Shown here: positions 38,021 to 49,426 of the stretch, piece after piece
Position numbering within the stretch: position 1 is the first letter of the stretch
Layout: the number at the start of each line of letters is the position of its first letter
Source of the DNA: Cyanophora paradoxa CCMP329
Taxonomy: Eukaryota; Plantae; Glaucophyta
Reading direction: 5' to 3'
NCBI GenBank assembly: GCA_004431415.1
Contig: QPMI01000180.1
Coordinates: 126,476-190,475, forward strand
Length of the DNA stretch: 64,000 nt
Made by a program: the position numbers and the translations under genes
Notes under the pieces: generated by a model
What the model saw: the letters and a program-made list of their open reading frames with translations, nothing else
Databases searched by the model: none
What the model was told of the DNA's origin: nothing

Positions 38021-38393
38021 TCGGACGCCTGTGAAGCTTCTCTGGATGTTCAGCGACGACTTCCCTTGTCGCGCTAAGCCAGCCGGAGCTCAGGGCAAGA
38101 CCTGAAGGCCAAGATTCCCCGTGCCGCTCTCTGCTGCGCTGCTCGCTTCTGCGCTGCTGCGCTTTTGATGCTGTGGTACTGCACTGCCACGTTGGTCTGC
38201 TCAAGCTTGGCCACGGCGCTTGACCCTTCACAACGTGGGGGGGGGGGAGCGAGGAGGGGGTAGGGCGCGATTGAGCTGAGCGCGCCAGGCAGCAAGCGCC
38301 GGCCTGCTATCTCTGCCGCCATCGACCGCTCTTCTAGCCTAGTTAACGTCGTGGCCGTTGATTCACGACAGCGTCGCAGCCTCGCACGCATAC

Positions 38394-40096
38394 ATGCAAA
38401 CCGACGCCCATCAGCCAGCCGAGCTGGTCTTCAAGAGGTTCGACTACCGCACGCGGCGCGCGAGCACCCGGCACGCGAGCGGCTGCTCACGCCGCGGCGC
38501 ATTCGCGCAGTGACAATGTCGCGCCGATATGTCCCGAGGTCCTGGCAGCGATTGCGGACGCGAATACGGGCTGGGCTGCGAGTTACGGTGCACGCGGACG
38601 CGTACGCCCGTTCGCGTACAGGCATTGCGCACCTATCGCATGTGAGCGCAGGCGGCGATAAGTACAGCGAAATGCTGAAAAAGAAACTGTCGAGCATCTT
38701 TGAAACGGTTAGCGCGGATGCGCATCGCTCGCTTCGCTCGCTCAACGCGTTCTTATCATGAGGATAATCTTATCGCGCGCTTAAGCTTCACACGCGGCGG
38801 GCAGGAGGTGGAGGTGTGGCTGTGCAGCACGGGGACGGCGGCAAACTCGCTGGCGCTCTCGGGGCTGGTGCCGCCCTATGGGACGGTCTTCTGCACGGAG
38901 GAGGCGCACATAACAACGGACGAGTGCGGGGCGCCCGTGCTCTTCACGGGCGGGGCCAAGCTGCACCACGTGCCGCACGCGGACGGAAAGATACTGGACC
39001 TCGCCGCCCTCGAGGCCGCCCTCGACGCCCACGACTCCATGGTCCCCCCGCCCCCGCCCCGGCCCCGCCCCCTGCGCCCTGCCGACGGCCGTGGCCGGCA
39101 GGCGCCGCACTGGAACGCCCCGTCGGCGGTCTCGATCTCGCAGCTGACGGAGAACGGCACGGTGCGGCCGCCTGCATGGCCCCACCTGAGCGCTGCCGGG
39201 CCCCTCCGACGCGGGGCAGGCGTACACGGTGGAGGAGGTGCGGGCGCTGGGCGAGCTCTGCCGGCGGCGCGGCCTGCGCCTGCACATGGACGGCGCGCGC
39301 TTCGCCAACGCGCTGGCCTCCGTCGGGTGCAGCCCGGCGGACATGACCTGGCGCGCCGGCGTCGACGTCCTCACCCTCGGCGGCACCAAGGCCCGCCCGC
39401 CCGCTCGCCCGCGCTTTCCCACCTACACCCGACGCGAGCCGCTGAGCGGGGCGGGGCGCGGGGCGCAGAACGGGGCGCTGGCGGCGGAGGCGGTGGTCTT
39501 CTTCGCGGGCGGGCCGCAGGGCTCCCGCCTCGCCGCCGACTTCCCCTTCCGCCACAAGCGCGGCGCCCAGCTCCTCTCCAAGACCCGGTGCGTCCCGCCA
39601 CGGCCCCGCCCCGCCCCGCACGCACGCACGCACGCTCTGCCGCGCCGGCTGCTGAGGCGGAGCCCCGGGGCGCGGGCGGGGCAGGTTCTTCGCGGCGCAG
39701 TTCCTGGCGCTCCTCACGGACGACCTCTGGCTCCGCAACGCCCGCGCCGCCAACGCCGCCGCCGCCCGCGTCGCCGCCGCCCTCCGCCGGCACGCCCCGC
39801 CCGAGCCGGCGACCTCCTCCTCCACCCCCGGGGCCAGCGGCGAGGGGCACGGGGACCCCGCTGGGGCGCCGGCGCGGCCGCGGGTGGCGTACCCCGTGGA
39901 GGGCAACGAGGTCTTCGTGCACATGCCGGCGGCGCTGGCGGAGGCGCTCGCGGCGGGCGGCGCGCTCTTCTACCCCTGGGGCGCCCCCGGGGGCGGCCTC
40001 TACCGCCTCTGCACCTCGTGGGCGACAACGGGGGCCGAGGTCGAGCGCCTCGCCGCCCTCCTCGACGCCTTCTACCGCCCCGCCGCCCCCGCCTGA
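38394..40096 (+). CDS. ltaE: Low-specificity L-threonine aldolase of the proteobacterial LtaE type
   Basis: FKSDN...PEVLAAIADAN...SYGGD, TGTAANSLAL, AHITTDECGAP and LHMDGARFANALASVGCSPADMTWRAGVDVLTLGGTK|NG (PLP lysine). Confidence 0.9.
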
Positions 40097-40453
40097 GCCC
40101 CCCGCGGCCGGGCTCCGGTCCCCCGCTCAGTCCCCCACCGCTCGCTTCTCCCTCTTCCGCGGGCGGCAGCCCGCCTGGCCCGGTGGCTGCAGCCCGATCC
40201 GACGGCCCTGACGTCGACCGACCTCCAGGCCCGGGCCATCGATATCCACGGCCGGCGTTTACGTGCACCGGCTCACCCAGTGGGCCAGTACTGCAGCTGG
40301 TCAGGTCTGTTCCCGGCCCCACCCCGAACCATGGCCAGTGGCCAGCCTGGCAGCCCTGCAGCTGGGCCCTCGAGCTCAAGCCTATAGCTATAGCTAACGC
40401 CAACTAAACGCTTTCAAGAAAAGTGAATTCGAAGTTGCAGCCGCGGGTTGTGT

Positions 40454-40528
40454 GGGGTACAACGTTTACGCGTGTTGCGGGGTACAAGCGTGCTGGTTGT
40501 GGGGTACACCCGCAGTGCCGCGGGGTAC
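40454..40528 (+). repeat. Four GGGGTAC motifs at 21-25 bp spacing, upstream of a (TA)n TATA-like tract at about 40594-40604
   Basis: GGGGTAC starts at 40454, 40479, 40501 and 40522. Confidence 0.6.
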
Positions 40529-40737
40529 CGTAGTACGTTTTGGCGGGAGCTCGAGCGTGGCGCTAGGCCTGTAGGCTCGACGTCGCCAGCGTTTATATAT
40601 ATATCTAGTTATAGCTAGTTGGCTGAGCACAAGTGCACGTGCGCTCGGCGTTTCCAGCGCGCTCGCGGCTGTGCGCATTTCACATTTCGTAGCACGTGCA
40701 CTTTGCGAGCATGCAGCGAGGGCTGTTTCGAAAGCGG

Positions 40738-43274
40738 ATGGCGGAGCAGCCGCCAGATCCGGCGCCGCACTGGTCCGAGCGCCCGGAGAGTCTCAGCCCG
40801 CTCGAAGCGCTCCCCGACGCGGTCCTGCAAAATATCGTCGAGCTTATCGGGCTGCGCGACGCGTACGGCGTCTGCAGCCTGCGGGACGTCAGTCGGCGCG
40901 TGCGGGAGGTCGTCGAGGGCGCCGAGTGGCCGGAGCTGGCGCTGCGGGCGGATCCGGAGGAGGAGGACGTGCGGTGGGATCGGCGGCCGCGCCAGTCGCT
41001 CCACATCTTCGAAGTTTCGAAGCTCCTGTGGCGCATATCGCGCTCGGGCGGCGTCCGGCTGGGGACGCTGGTCGTCGACATCCCGTCGTGTGGCCACTCT
41101 GACCTCAGCTACAGCTACGAGCTGAACTTCTGGCTGCGCAAGTGCGTTTATCGCCGGCCTTCGTTTGACGCTCGGGCGCTCATCGCCCCGCGCTGCAGAT
41201 CCGGCTACAGGCCTAGCTATAGGTGGATCGACAACGACTCCGACCGCCCGGCGATGATTCTCGCGGCCTGCCTCTCCAAACTGCGCGGCCTCCGGTCCGT
41301 CCACATCCGGCACTGCGCCCCGCTCGAGCGGGGCCCGACCTACGACGAGCGGCGGGCGGACCCGAGGGATCGCCGCGAGTACGTCCTGGCTCTGCTGAAG
41401 GCGCTGGCGCCCTGCCGCGAGACTCTGGAGGAGCTCGCGATCGGTTTCACGCACGCTAAGCCCGTCCGCTGCCCCGCCGGATGCGCGCTCCTCCCGGTCC
41501 GCTGCTCGCCCGCTGCTCGGCTGAGCGCCCGCGCAGGGGACGACGACGAGTGGAAGCCGCTCCTGGCGGCGCTGCGGCCCTTCCAGTCGCTCCGGCTGCT
41601 CGACCTCTCGGGCTACTGCTTCTCGGCCCAGCCGATATTGGAGGAGCCCGAGGTGGGCTTCCTGGCGAAGCTCGCGAGGGCCCTCCCGCGGCTCCGCTCG
41701 CTCGGCCTGCGCGCCGGCTCCGGCGGGCGCATCAACGGCGTCGACGGCTACGCCGCCGCAATGTCCCTCCTCCTCGCCCCCAACTTCCCCCTCCTCGAGG
41801 TCCCCCAGGCCCCGACCCCCGCCCCGCCGCCCCCTCTGAGCGCCCCCCCAGGAGCTCTCGCTCCGGGGGTACGCCTCCCGCTGCGGCCGTGACTTCCTGG
41901 ACGAGCGGGGCTGGGACGATCTCCGCGACCTCTGCAGCCTGCCCCACCTCCGCAGCCTCAGTGCCCTCCCCACCCCCCAGCCCCCCATCCTCTCCCCCTC
42001 CGCCCCCGTGACGGCGGGCAGGGCTGGACCTGCGGGCGCTGGACGACCTCGACGCGACCTCCGTCGACGTCTTCGAGCTCGTCGCCGAGGGCGCCGCCGC
42101 CCGCCCCCACGCCGGGGCGCCCCTCGAGGTCCTACACCCCCCCCCCCCCCGCCCCCCCTTCCCTCTTGGGGGCCCTGGAGCTCCCTGCAGGGCTGACCGC
42201 GGGGCGGGTGCGGGCGGGCAGAGGCTGGCGGCCGCGTGGCGCGTCGTGTGGGAGATGAGCGAGGAGAACGTCGCCGCCCTCTGCCGCCTCGTGCGCCGCT
42301 CTTTGTACCTCCGCCTCCGAGGCTCGCCTCTCGCTTTCGATCCGCCGAGCGCGGCCCCTTGGCCGCAGACGTCGCTGCAGAGCCTGGCCCTGGGGCTGGA
42401 CCCCGCGAGGCTGCGGGGCGGCTACCTCTCCTTCACGGACCGCGGCGCCCTGCGCGCCCTCGGCGGCCTCCCCGCCCTCCGCCGCCTCCGCTCGCTGAGC
42501 CTCGGCCTCTGCCTCTACGAGGCCGGCACGGGCCCCGCCGCCGTCCAGGCCCTCGCCGCCCTGCCCTCCCTCGAGACCCTCGCCCTCTCCCTCGCGGCCC
42601 CGGTGGAGCAGGCCGGGCAGGAGGAGGCCGCCGCCGCCGTCCAGCGGGAGACGCTCGCGGCGCTGGCGGGCGCGGTGCCGGCCATGCACACCCGCGCCCT
42701 GCGCTCCCTCTCCCTCGTCCTGGACGGCGAGGAGGGGGACCCCGGGGAGCGGGCGGCCCTCTTCACCGCCGCGGCGCCCGTGCTCGAGCGGCTCGTCCTC
42801 CGCCTCTCGTACCCCCGCACGGCCCCCGGGGAGGTGGCTGCCCTCGCCCGCTGCCGCCGCCTGCAGAGCCTCCGCCTCCGCCTCTCCTTCCCCGCCGGCC
42901 CCGACCCCCCGCCCGGCGCGGAGGTCGCCGCGCTCCTCGCCCCGCTCGCCGCCCTCCCGCCCCTCCCGCCGCACGCCCGCCCCCACTCGGTCGAGCTCGA
43001 CCTCGCGGCGTGCCGGCCCCACGTGGAGCCGCGGCTCTGGCGCTACGCGGCGCCCGAGGCGGTCTCGGCGATGCTCCTCCCCATCCGCCACGGGCACCAG
43101 CGCCTGCTGGGCGGCATCCACGTCTACGCGCGCACGGCCCCGGAGCACCTGGAGCGCCGCTGCGAGGTCGAGCGGGCGGTCCGGGATCCCGAGCTGCGCC
43201 GGCGGACCCCTTTCAGGCCCTACCCCGACTCGGACTCGGACCCCGACGTGGACTCTGATGATGAATATGAATAA
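40738..43274 (+). CDS. F-box/LRR protein
   Basis: F-box LEALPDAVLQNIVELIG...LRDVSRRVREVV; LRRs LRGLRSVHI, LRLLDLSG, LPRLRSLGL, LRSLSLGL and LETLALSL; ends DSDDEYE*. Confidence 0.8.
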
Positions 43275-43815
43275 GCATGATGCTCCAATGAAGAGAGTAC
43301 ATGCATCTCGACATTGGCCGTAACTTTAGTAATTCAATATATAAGCTGAAGCTTAAGGCCCTGAGGCGCGGGCCGGGCCGGGCCGGCCGCGGGGGATCCG
43401 GCCGCGGCCCGGCGGCGCCGCGCCCGGCCCAGCGCTTGCAATTGGTCAAGCCCGTCAAGCTCAAGTCTGGTCGCCGGCTCTGTGTCTAGCTCAAGTCCTG
43501 CTGGGGTAGGGGCGCAAATCAGTTGACAGGCCTCGAGCTCCTGGTCTGCTGTAGCTAGCGCGTGTGGACTTGTTAACTGCCAGGTTACACGCCGCAGCGC
43601 TAGTCGAGTCAATCCAGCAGCTGCGCCGACCGCTGGGCCAATTCCGGTCGCGCGAGAGCGGCCTGGTTCCAGCAGCCAGAGCGAGGCCTGTCCAGCTCAA
43701 CCATGAGTCTCTTTTGTTGTCGAGTCAGCGCGTCGGCTGCCGGTGCGCCCATGCGCAGCTTCAACATATAGCACCGACTGTGAGGGCCCGTCTGCGGCTC
43801 CGGCCGGTCGCGGAG

Positions 43816-45462
43816 ATGTTCTCGAACATCCTCAAGAAGATGGGCCTCCCCGTGGGCGACAAGAAGACCACGCGGAGCAACGTGAAGAAGGTCCGCGGGC
43901 CCGCGCCGCTGGCCGGCTCTGGGGCGCCGCGCCGTGCTCATCGCGCTAGCACAGGTGGTCATCGCGCTGACCGGACTCGTGAACGCCGGGAAGACCTCGA
44001 TCGTCCCGGGCCTGCGCCAGAAGTGCAGCGCCTTCGTGGTCCGATCTGCCGCGCGGCGACGTGCGGCGGCGGCGCTCCCGGGGCCGACGCGGGGCGCAGC
44101 GGGAGAACCCGTTCCTGCTTGTGTGCAACGGGGACAAGCTGAACTACGTGCTCTCCGCGTTCGACCTCGCGGACGAGAAGGCGCGGGAGCCGTCCGTCTG
44201 GTCCAACTACCTCGCCGAGGCGCGCCCGCCGCCCGCCGCCGGCCTCGCGCCTCGCTGCGCCGCGGCGACTGGGCGCTGAGGGGGCGGGGCAGTCGTACGG
44301 GCTGATCATGGTAGTGGACAGCGCCGACCACGCGAGCCTCCCGCAGGCCCGCGCCGCCCTCCTCGAGATCGTCACCGTCCGCCCGCCCCGCCGCCCCCGC
44401 CCGCACCCGCCCGCCCGCCCGGTCCGAAGCGTCCCCGCAGGACCCCCGCTTCTTCACCAAGCCCATCGCCATGTGCGGCGGGAGGGGCGCGTTGGGCGCG
44501 CGGGACGCGCGGGGCCCGACGGGGCCCGGGGGCGCAGCCTGGCGAACAAGCAGGACCTGCCGACGGCGCTCACGATGGCCGAGGTCGAGGAACGGTGCGC
44601 GCGGCCGGCCTGCCCGCCCCGCCCCTCCCTGCCCCGGTGGCGACGCGGTGCGGGGGTGGGGCAGGCTGGCGCTGGGGGAGGTGCGGTGCACGTACATCAT
44701 CCAGGGCTGCGTGGCCCTCGCGCAGGAGGGCGACCCCTACGACGAGGGCATCGGCCAGGGCCTCCGCTGGATCGTCAACCACATCTACGAGCACTGTCCG
44801 GCCCCCGGCCCCCGCGCCCGCCGCCGGCCGGCCGCGCTCGCTGACGCGTGCCGGCCCCGGGGCGCGCGTGGCAGACGAGAGCCTGGCGCTGAAGGTGAAG
44901 CGGGACCTCGCCGTGCAGGCCGTGCGCGCCGCCCCCGGCCCGACGCGGCCCTGCGCGGCCCGACGCGAGCGCCGCAGGAGCTCGACAAGCTTCTCCGCCT
45001 CGTCAGCCGCAAGTGCGCAGCCGTGGGGGCCGCCCGGCGCGGCCCGGGGCGGCCCGGTGCGGGGCGTCGCGAACGCGGCGGGCGGGGCCCGGGCAGGAAG
45101 GGGCGGCGGCTGAAAGAGGGGCGGCGGCGGGCGCTGGAGGAGGAGATGGGGCGGATGCAGGGCCTGCAGGCGAAGAGCCACCTGCTGGACATCGCCGTCG
45201 ACCGCGCCATCCGCGACCTCCAGCTCGGCAAGGCCTGGGTCCGCCCCGGCCCCGCCCGCCCCCCCGCCCGCTCCCGGCCCTTCGTGCTGGCACGCGCCGA
45301 CGCGGGGCGGGGACAGCGGTTCGCGTCGGAGCTGGACCCCGACCCCTACGACGCCCCCATCCGCCTCGGCGCGCCCCACCCGCCCCGCCCGCCTCGCCCC
45401 GCCCCGCCGGGCGAGCGGGGCGCAGGCCAGGTGGCCCCCGACCGGTGGGCCCCGGGCGGCCC

Positions 45463-45498
<36 letters not shown>

Positions 45499-45806
45499 CG
45501 AGGAGGAGGAGGAGCGGCGCGAGGAGGGGAGGAGGAGGTGCGCGGGGCGGCCGGCACCGCGGGCGGCGAGGGGCGCGGGGCGGAGGGCGCGTGGCTGCGC
45601 GGCGGCTTCTCGGGCTCGGGCGAGCTGCGGCCGGGCGCCGACTCGGCGTGGCCCCTCGGGCCCCTCGGCATCCCCGCCGCCCACCCGCCGGTCCGCGCCC
45701 CGCCTGGCCACCCGCCCCGGCCGGCCGTTGACCCACGCGGGGGCAGGAGCCAGTACGCGCGGCAGCGGGCGCTGATGGCGCAGGGCGGGCCCTGGTGGCA
45801 CGCCAG

Positions 45807-45844
<38 letters not shown>

Positions 45845-46971
45845 CGCCGCAGCCGGCGCCTCGGGGGCAGGAGGCGGGGGAGGAGCGGGAGGGGGAGGAG
45901 GGGGAGGGGGACGGGGGCGACGACGGCCTCTACGCCCTGCAGGAGGCGAGCCACGAGGGGGCGACGACCCTCGGGGCGGGCGGCGCCGGCCCGACGGGGA
46001 CGGCGGCTACCCGACGAGAACGACGACGAGGGCGACGAGGAGGGCCGCTGGTGCGCACGCCGCCGCGCGCCCGAGCGCGGGCCGGCAGGCGGGCGAGCGG
46101 GGCGGGGGCAGGCGGGGCGAGGGGGCGGGGAGGCGGGCGAGCTCGAGGAGGCGGAGCGGCTGCGCGAGCTCGCCGACGCCCACCGCCGCGTGCGGCCCCG
46201 CGCCCCGCCCCGCCCCGCCCCGCCCCGCCCGCCCCTCGCCGGCGGCGAGCGGCGGGGAGGCAGGGCGAGGAGGAGGCGCGGCGGCGCCTCGTGGAGGAGC
46301 GGCGCGCCCACCGGAGCGAGCTCGCCGCCCGCGAGGTCCGCCCCGCCCCGCCTCAGCCCGCCCCCGCCCCTGTCCTGAGCTCGATCCGGGGCGCAGGGGG
46401 AGCTCGCAGCGGTGCGGGGCGGCTGCGGGCGCTGGCGGAGGAGTACCGGGCCGCTCTCGACGGCTTTGCCCGCCAGCTCGCCGCCCCGGCCCCGCCCCCG
46501 CCCCGGGTCGCCCTGGCGGCGCTGGCGGCGCTGGCGGGGCAGGGGGCGGAGAAGGGGGCGGGGCGGGAGGCGGCGGCGGCGCTGGCGGAGCTCGAGGCGG
46601 CGGCGGCGCGCGCCGAGCTCGCGTACCTCGCCACAGCGCGCCCCGCCCCGCCCCCGCCGCCCCGCCCGCGCCCCCCGCTGACCGCCCCGCAGGTCCGCCG
46701 CGACGCCGAGGCAGCCGGCGGCCCGGTGCGCGGGCGCGGGCGGGCGGGCGGGGCGGGGGGCGGGCGGGGCCTGAGGCGGGGCGGGGGCCGGCAGGAGCGG
46801 GAGGCGACGGTGGCGCTGGTGGCGCGGCAGGAGGCGCACCTGCTGGAGGCCCTCGCCGCCGCCCGCGCCCGCGCCGCCGCCGCCGCCGCCGCCACGCCTG
46901 CGGTTAACGGCGCGGGAGGGCGCGGCACCTCCCCCCCTGGCCAGGCCCCCCGCGACCGCGAAGCCCGCTGA
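43816..46971 (+). CDS. ARL13: ARL13-like ARF-family GTPase with a long coiled-coil/low-complexity C-terminus (3' extent uncertain)
   Basis: G1 GLVNAGKT, WSNYLAE|SYGLIMVVDSAD, G4 LANKQD, then GIGQGLRWIVNHI...LALKVKRD, the post-G-domain helix typical of ARL13. Confidence 0.65.
45464..45496 (+). repeat. (CAG)11 microsatellite, poly-Gln
   Basis: Read directly from the sequence. Confidence 0.9.
45808..45843 (+). repeat. (CAG)12 microsatellite, poly-Gln
   Basis: Read directly from the sequence. Confidence 0.9.
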
Positions 46972-47399
46972 GGCCCATCTAGATCTAGCGCTAGCATAAT
47001 TCAACACAGTACATCATGGCATGTGATCGTGGCGGCGTGCAGTTGCGCAGAACTAGTTGCGTCATGATTACGACTACCCCAGCTAGACCGGACCGGGGTA
47101 TAGAGTTCGAATTTCGCCGAGCCTCCGAGTCCAGATCGATATCAGAGCCTCTTTCTAGGTACGTACCACGTATCTCGTCCCCGATCTCTGCAGAACGCGA
47201 AACGGCGAGAAAGAGCCTCAGAGAAAGGTGTTTTTCGAAGTTTTCGGAACTTCGTCAATGGCGTGGAGAAAGAGCCTGCGTACACTGGTACCGGAATTAA
47301 TTGGGGTACGACCTTCGAAACTTCAATTCGGACGCTATAGCTAGGCTCGTCGCTAGCGGCGGGAGCCTAGCGCTGCATGCGCGCAGCCAGCGCTAGCTA

Positions 47400-47627
47400 C
47401 CGTGTAATACTTAATTACCGCGCTGACATAACTACTGCGCTACCATATTACTGCGCTCAAAAGTTTTAGAACGCAGTAATTTGGTAGCGCAATAAATGTC
47501 TTTTGTTAACACTTTTCTATGGGCGGATTGATAAGAACGCAGTAATTCGGTACCGCGCTAAAGCGCCTGCCGGCGCAGAAATTCTAGAACGCAGTAATTT
47601 GTGGCGCGGTAATTAAGTATTACACGG
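47400..47627. mobile_element. MITE / non-autonomous DNA transposon, Tc1-mariner/pogo-like
   Basis: Perfect terminal inverted repeats CCGTGTAATACTTAATTACCGCGC...GCGCGGTAATTAAGTATTACACGG flanked by TA on both sides. It is AT-rich, non-coding and has internal CGCAGTA repeats. Confidence 0.85.
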
Positions 47628-48046
47628 TAGCGCCCGCTTCGCATCGCTCCCGGCCGCGGCCCGCCGGCCGGGCCGCTACGTACATATCCTAGCTATAGCA
47701 GCTGCACTAGATCCGATATCTCATCTGCGTGCGCGCGCACGGATCCTTTGCAAGCGGCGAAACGAGCTCGAGAACTTCGGAAGCCGGCGCGCGTAGCACT
47801 AGTTTCCCAAGGGCTGGGCCTGAGACGTTTCTCCTCGTCACGGCGTTGCGACTGCCCGGCGGCAGATCTAGAACCTCGAAGTTTGCTCCAGCTGCGGCGA
47901 GTTTCTGAAGCGAAGGCTAGGCGGCGGCGGCGGCCGCGGCGCGCGTTTTCGGAGCCGGACCCGGCCGGTGCGATGCCGGCGCATCCGATCATCGGATCAG
48001 AGCCGCGCGGAGGGCCGCGTGCTGAGGGGCGGGCGCGCAGGGAACG

Positions 48047-49426
48047 ATGGACTTTATCAGGAAAAACTTGAATTTCGTGCAGAAGATCCGGGAGGGCGTC
48101 TCCCGGGGCGGCGCGGTGGCGCCCGCCGAGCAGCCGCCGGCCGAGGCGGGCCTGGCGCCGGCTCCCCCCGCGCTGGACGAGAAGCCGAAGCGGCTGCGGG
48201 CGGTGGCGGTGCGGGCGGCGCGGGGCTCGCTGCCGCCGCTGGAGGGGCCGGAGGGCCCGCTGGTGCTGGGCCTGGACGGCGACTCGAGCGCCGCCTCGTC
48301 TGAGGAGGAGCCCCTCGAGCTCCCGAGCTCCGGCCGCCCTCCGCGGCTCCGACTCCTCCGGCCGCGCCCACTCGCCCCGTCCCGCCGCCCCTCCGCCTGC
48401 TCCTCGGCTCGCCCCCGGGCCCGGGGCGCGGCGGCGGCGCTCGTCGCTGCTGGGCGAGGAGGGCGAGGAGGCGGCGCTGAACCCGTGCTTCGCCGGGCTG
48501 CCGCGCCTCGCCGCGCGCGCCACGGCCATCATATGGCGCGCCTCCCTCGCCGGCGTGCGGGCGCCCCCGAGGCGCTCTGCCCGCGCGGCCCGCGCCTCGC
48601 GCCGGCCCTCGACTACGCCCAGTACGAGGCCTTTCACCTCGGTCCGCCCCGCCCCGGCCCGCCGGCCCCGGGCCCCGCCGGCCCCCGCTGAGCGGCCGCC
48701 CGCGCGCGCAGGCCTGCACCGGGCGCTGACGCCGCCGGCGCTCGCCTCCGCGTGGCGCCTCTCCGAAGCCCGCGCCCTCGCCGCCGTGCGCCCCGCCCCC
48801 CGCCCGCGCCGCGCCGGGGCAGGCGCTGAGGCGGCGGGGCAGGCGAACTGGCGGTCGGACGCGGGGCGGGAGCGGCACGGGATGGGGCGGGACGCCTTCG
48901 AGCGGAGCCTGGTGATCGTGGCGCGGAGCGTGGCGGAGGAGATGGGCCGCCGCGGCCTCGCCCCCGCCGCGCGCCTCCTCGCCGCCGAGCACGGGCTGCC
49001 GGCCTGCCCCGCCTCCCTCTTCCTCCTCGCCCTCGCCGCGCGGATCACGACCGCGGGCCCCGCCTCGCCCCCGACCACGCCCTCCTCGCCGCCGGCGCCT
49101 GGCCGGCCGCCCCGACGCCGCCCTCCGCCCCTGGCACGGTCCGCCCGCCCCGCCCCGCCCCGCCCCGCTGCTGGGCGCTGAGGCGGGCCGCAGAGGTCGA
49201 GTTCAACGCGTGCGCGCTGTCGGCCCTCGCGGAGCTCCTCGGGCCCCGCCCCGCACGCCCCGCCCCGCTCCCGCCCCGCCTCTCCACGCCCGATCGCGAG
49301 GCGCCGCGGGAGGCGCTGGCGGAGGAGGCGGTGGAGGGGGCCGGGGGCGCCGCCCTCCAGAAGCGCGCCCTCCTCAACCGCCTCACCGGCCTCCTCGATC
49401 GCGGCGCCCGTCGCCCCTCCACCTGA
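48047..49426 (+). CDS. Hypothetical protein, tandem copy 1 (frameshifted relative to copy 2; possible pseudogene or assembly errors)
   Basis: Starts MDFIRKNLNFVQKIREGVSRGG and is nearly identical to 50538-51926, with several single-base losses in C-runs. Confidence 0.6.
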
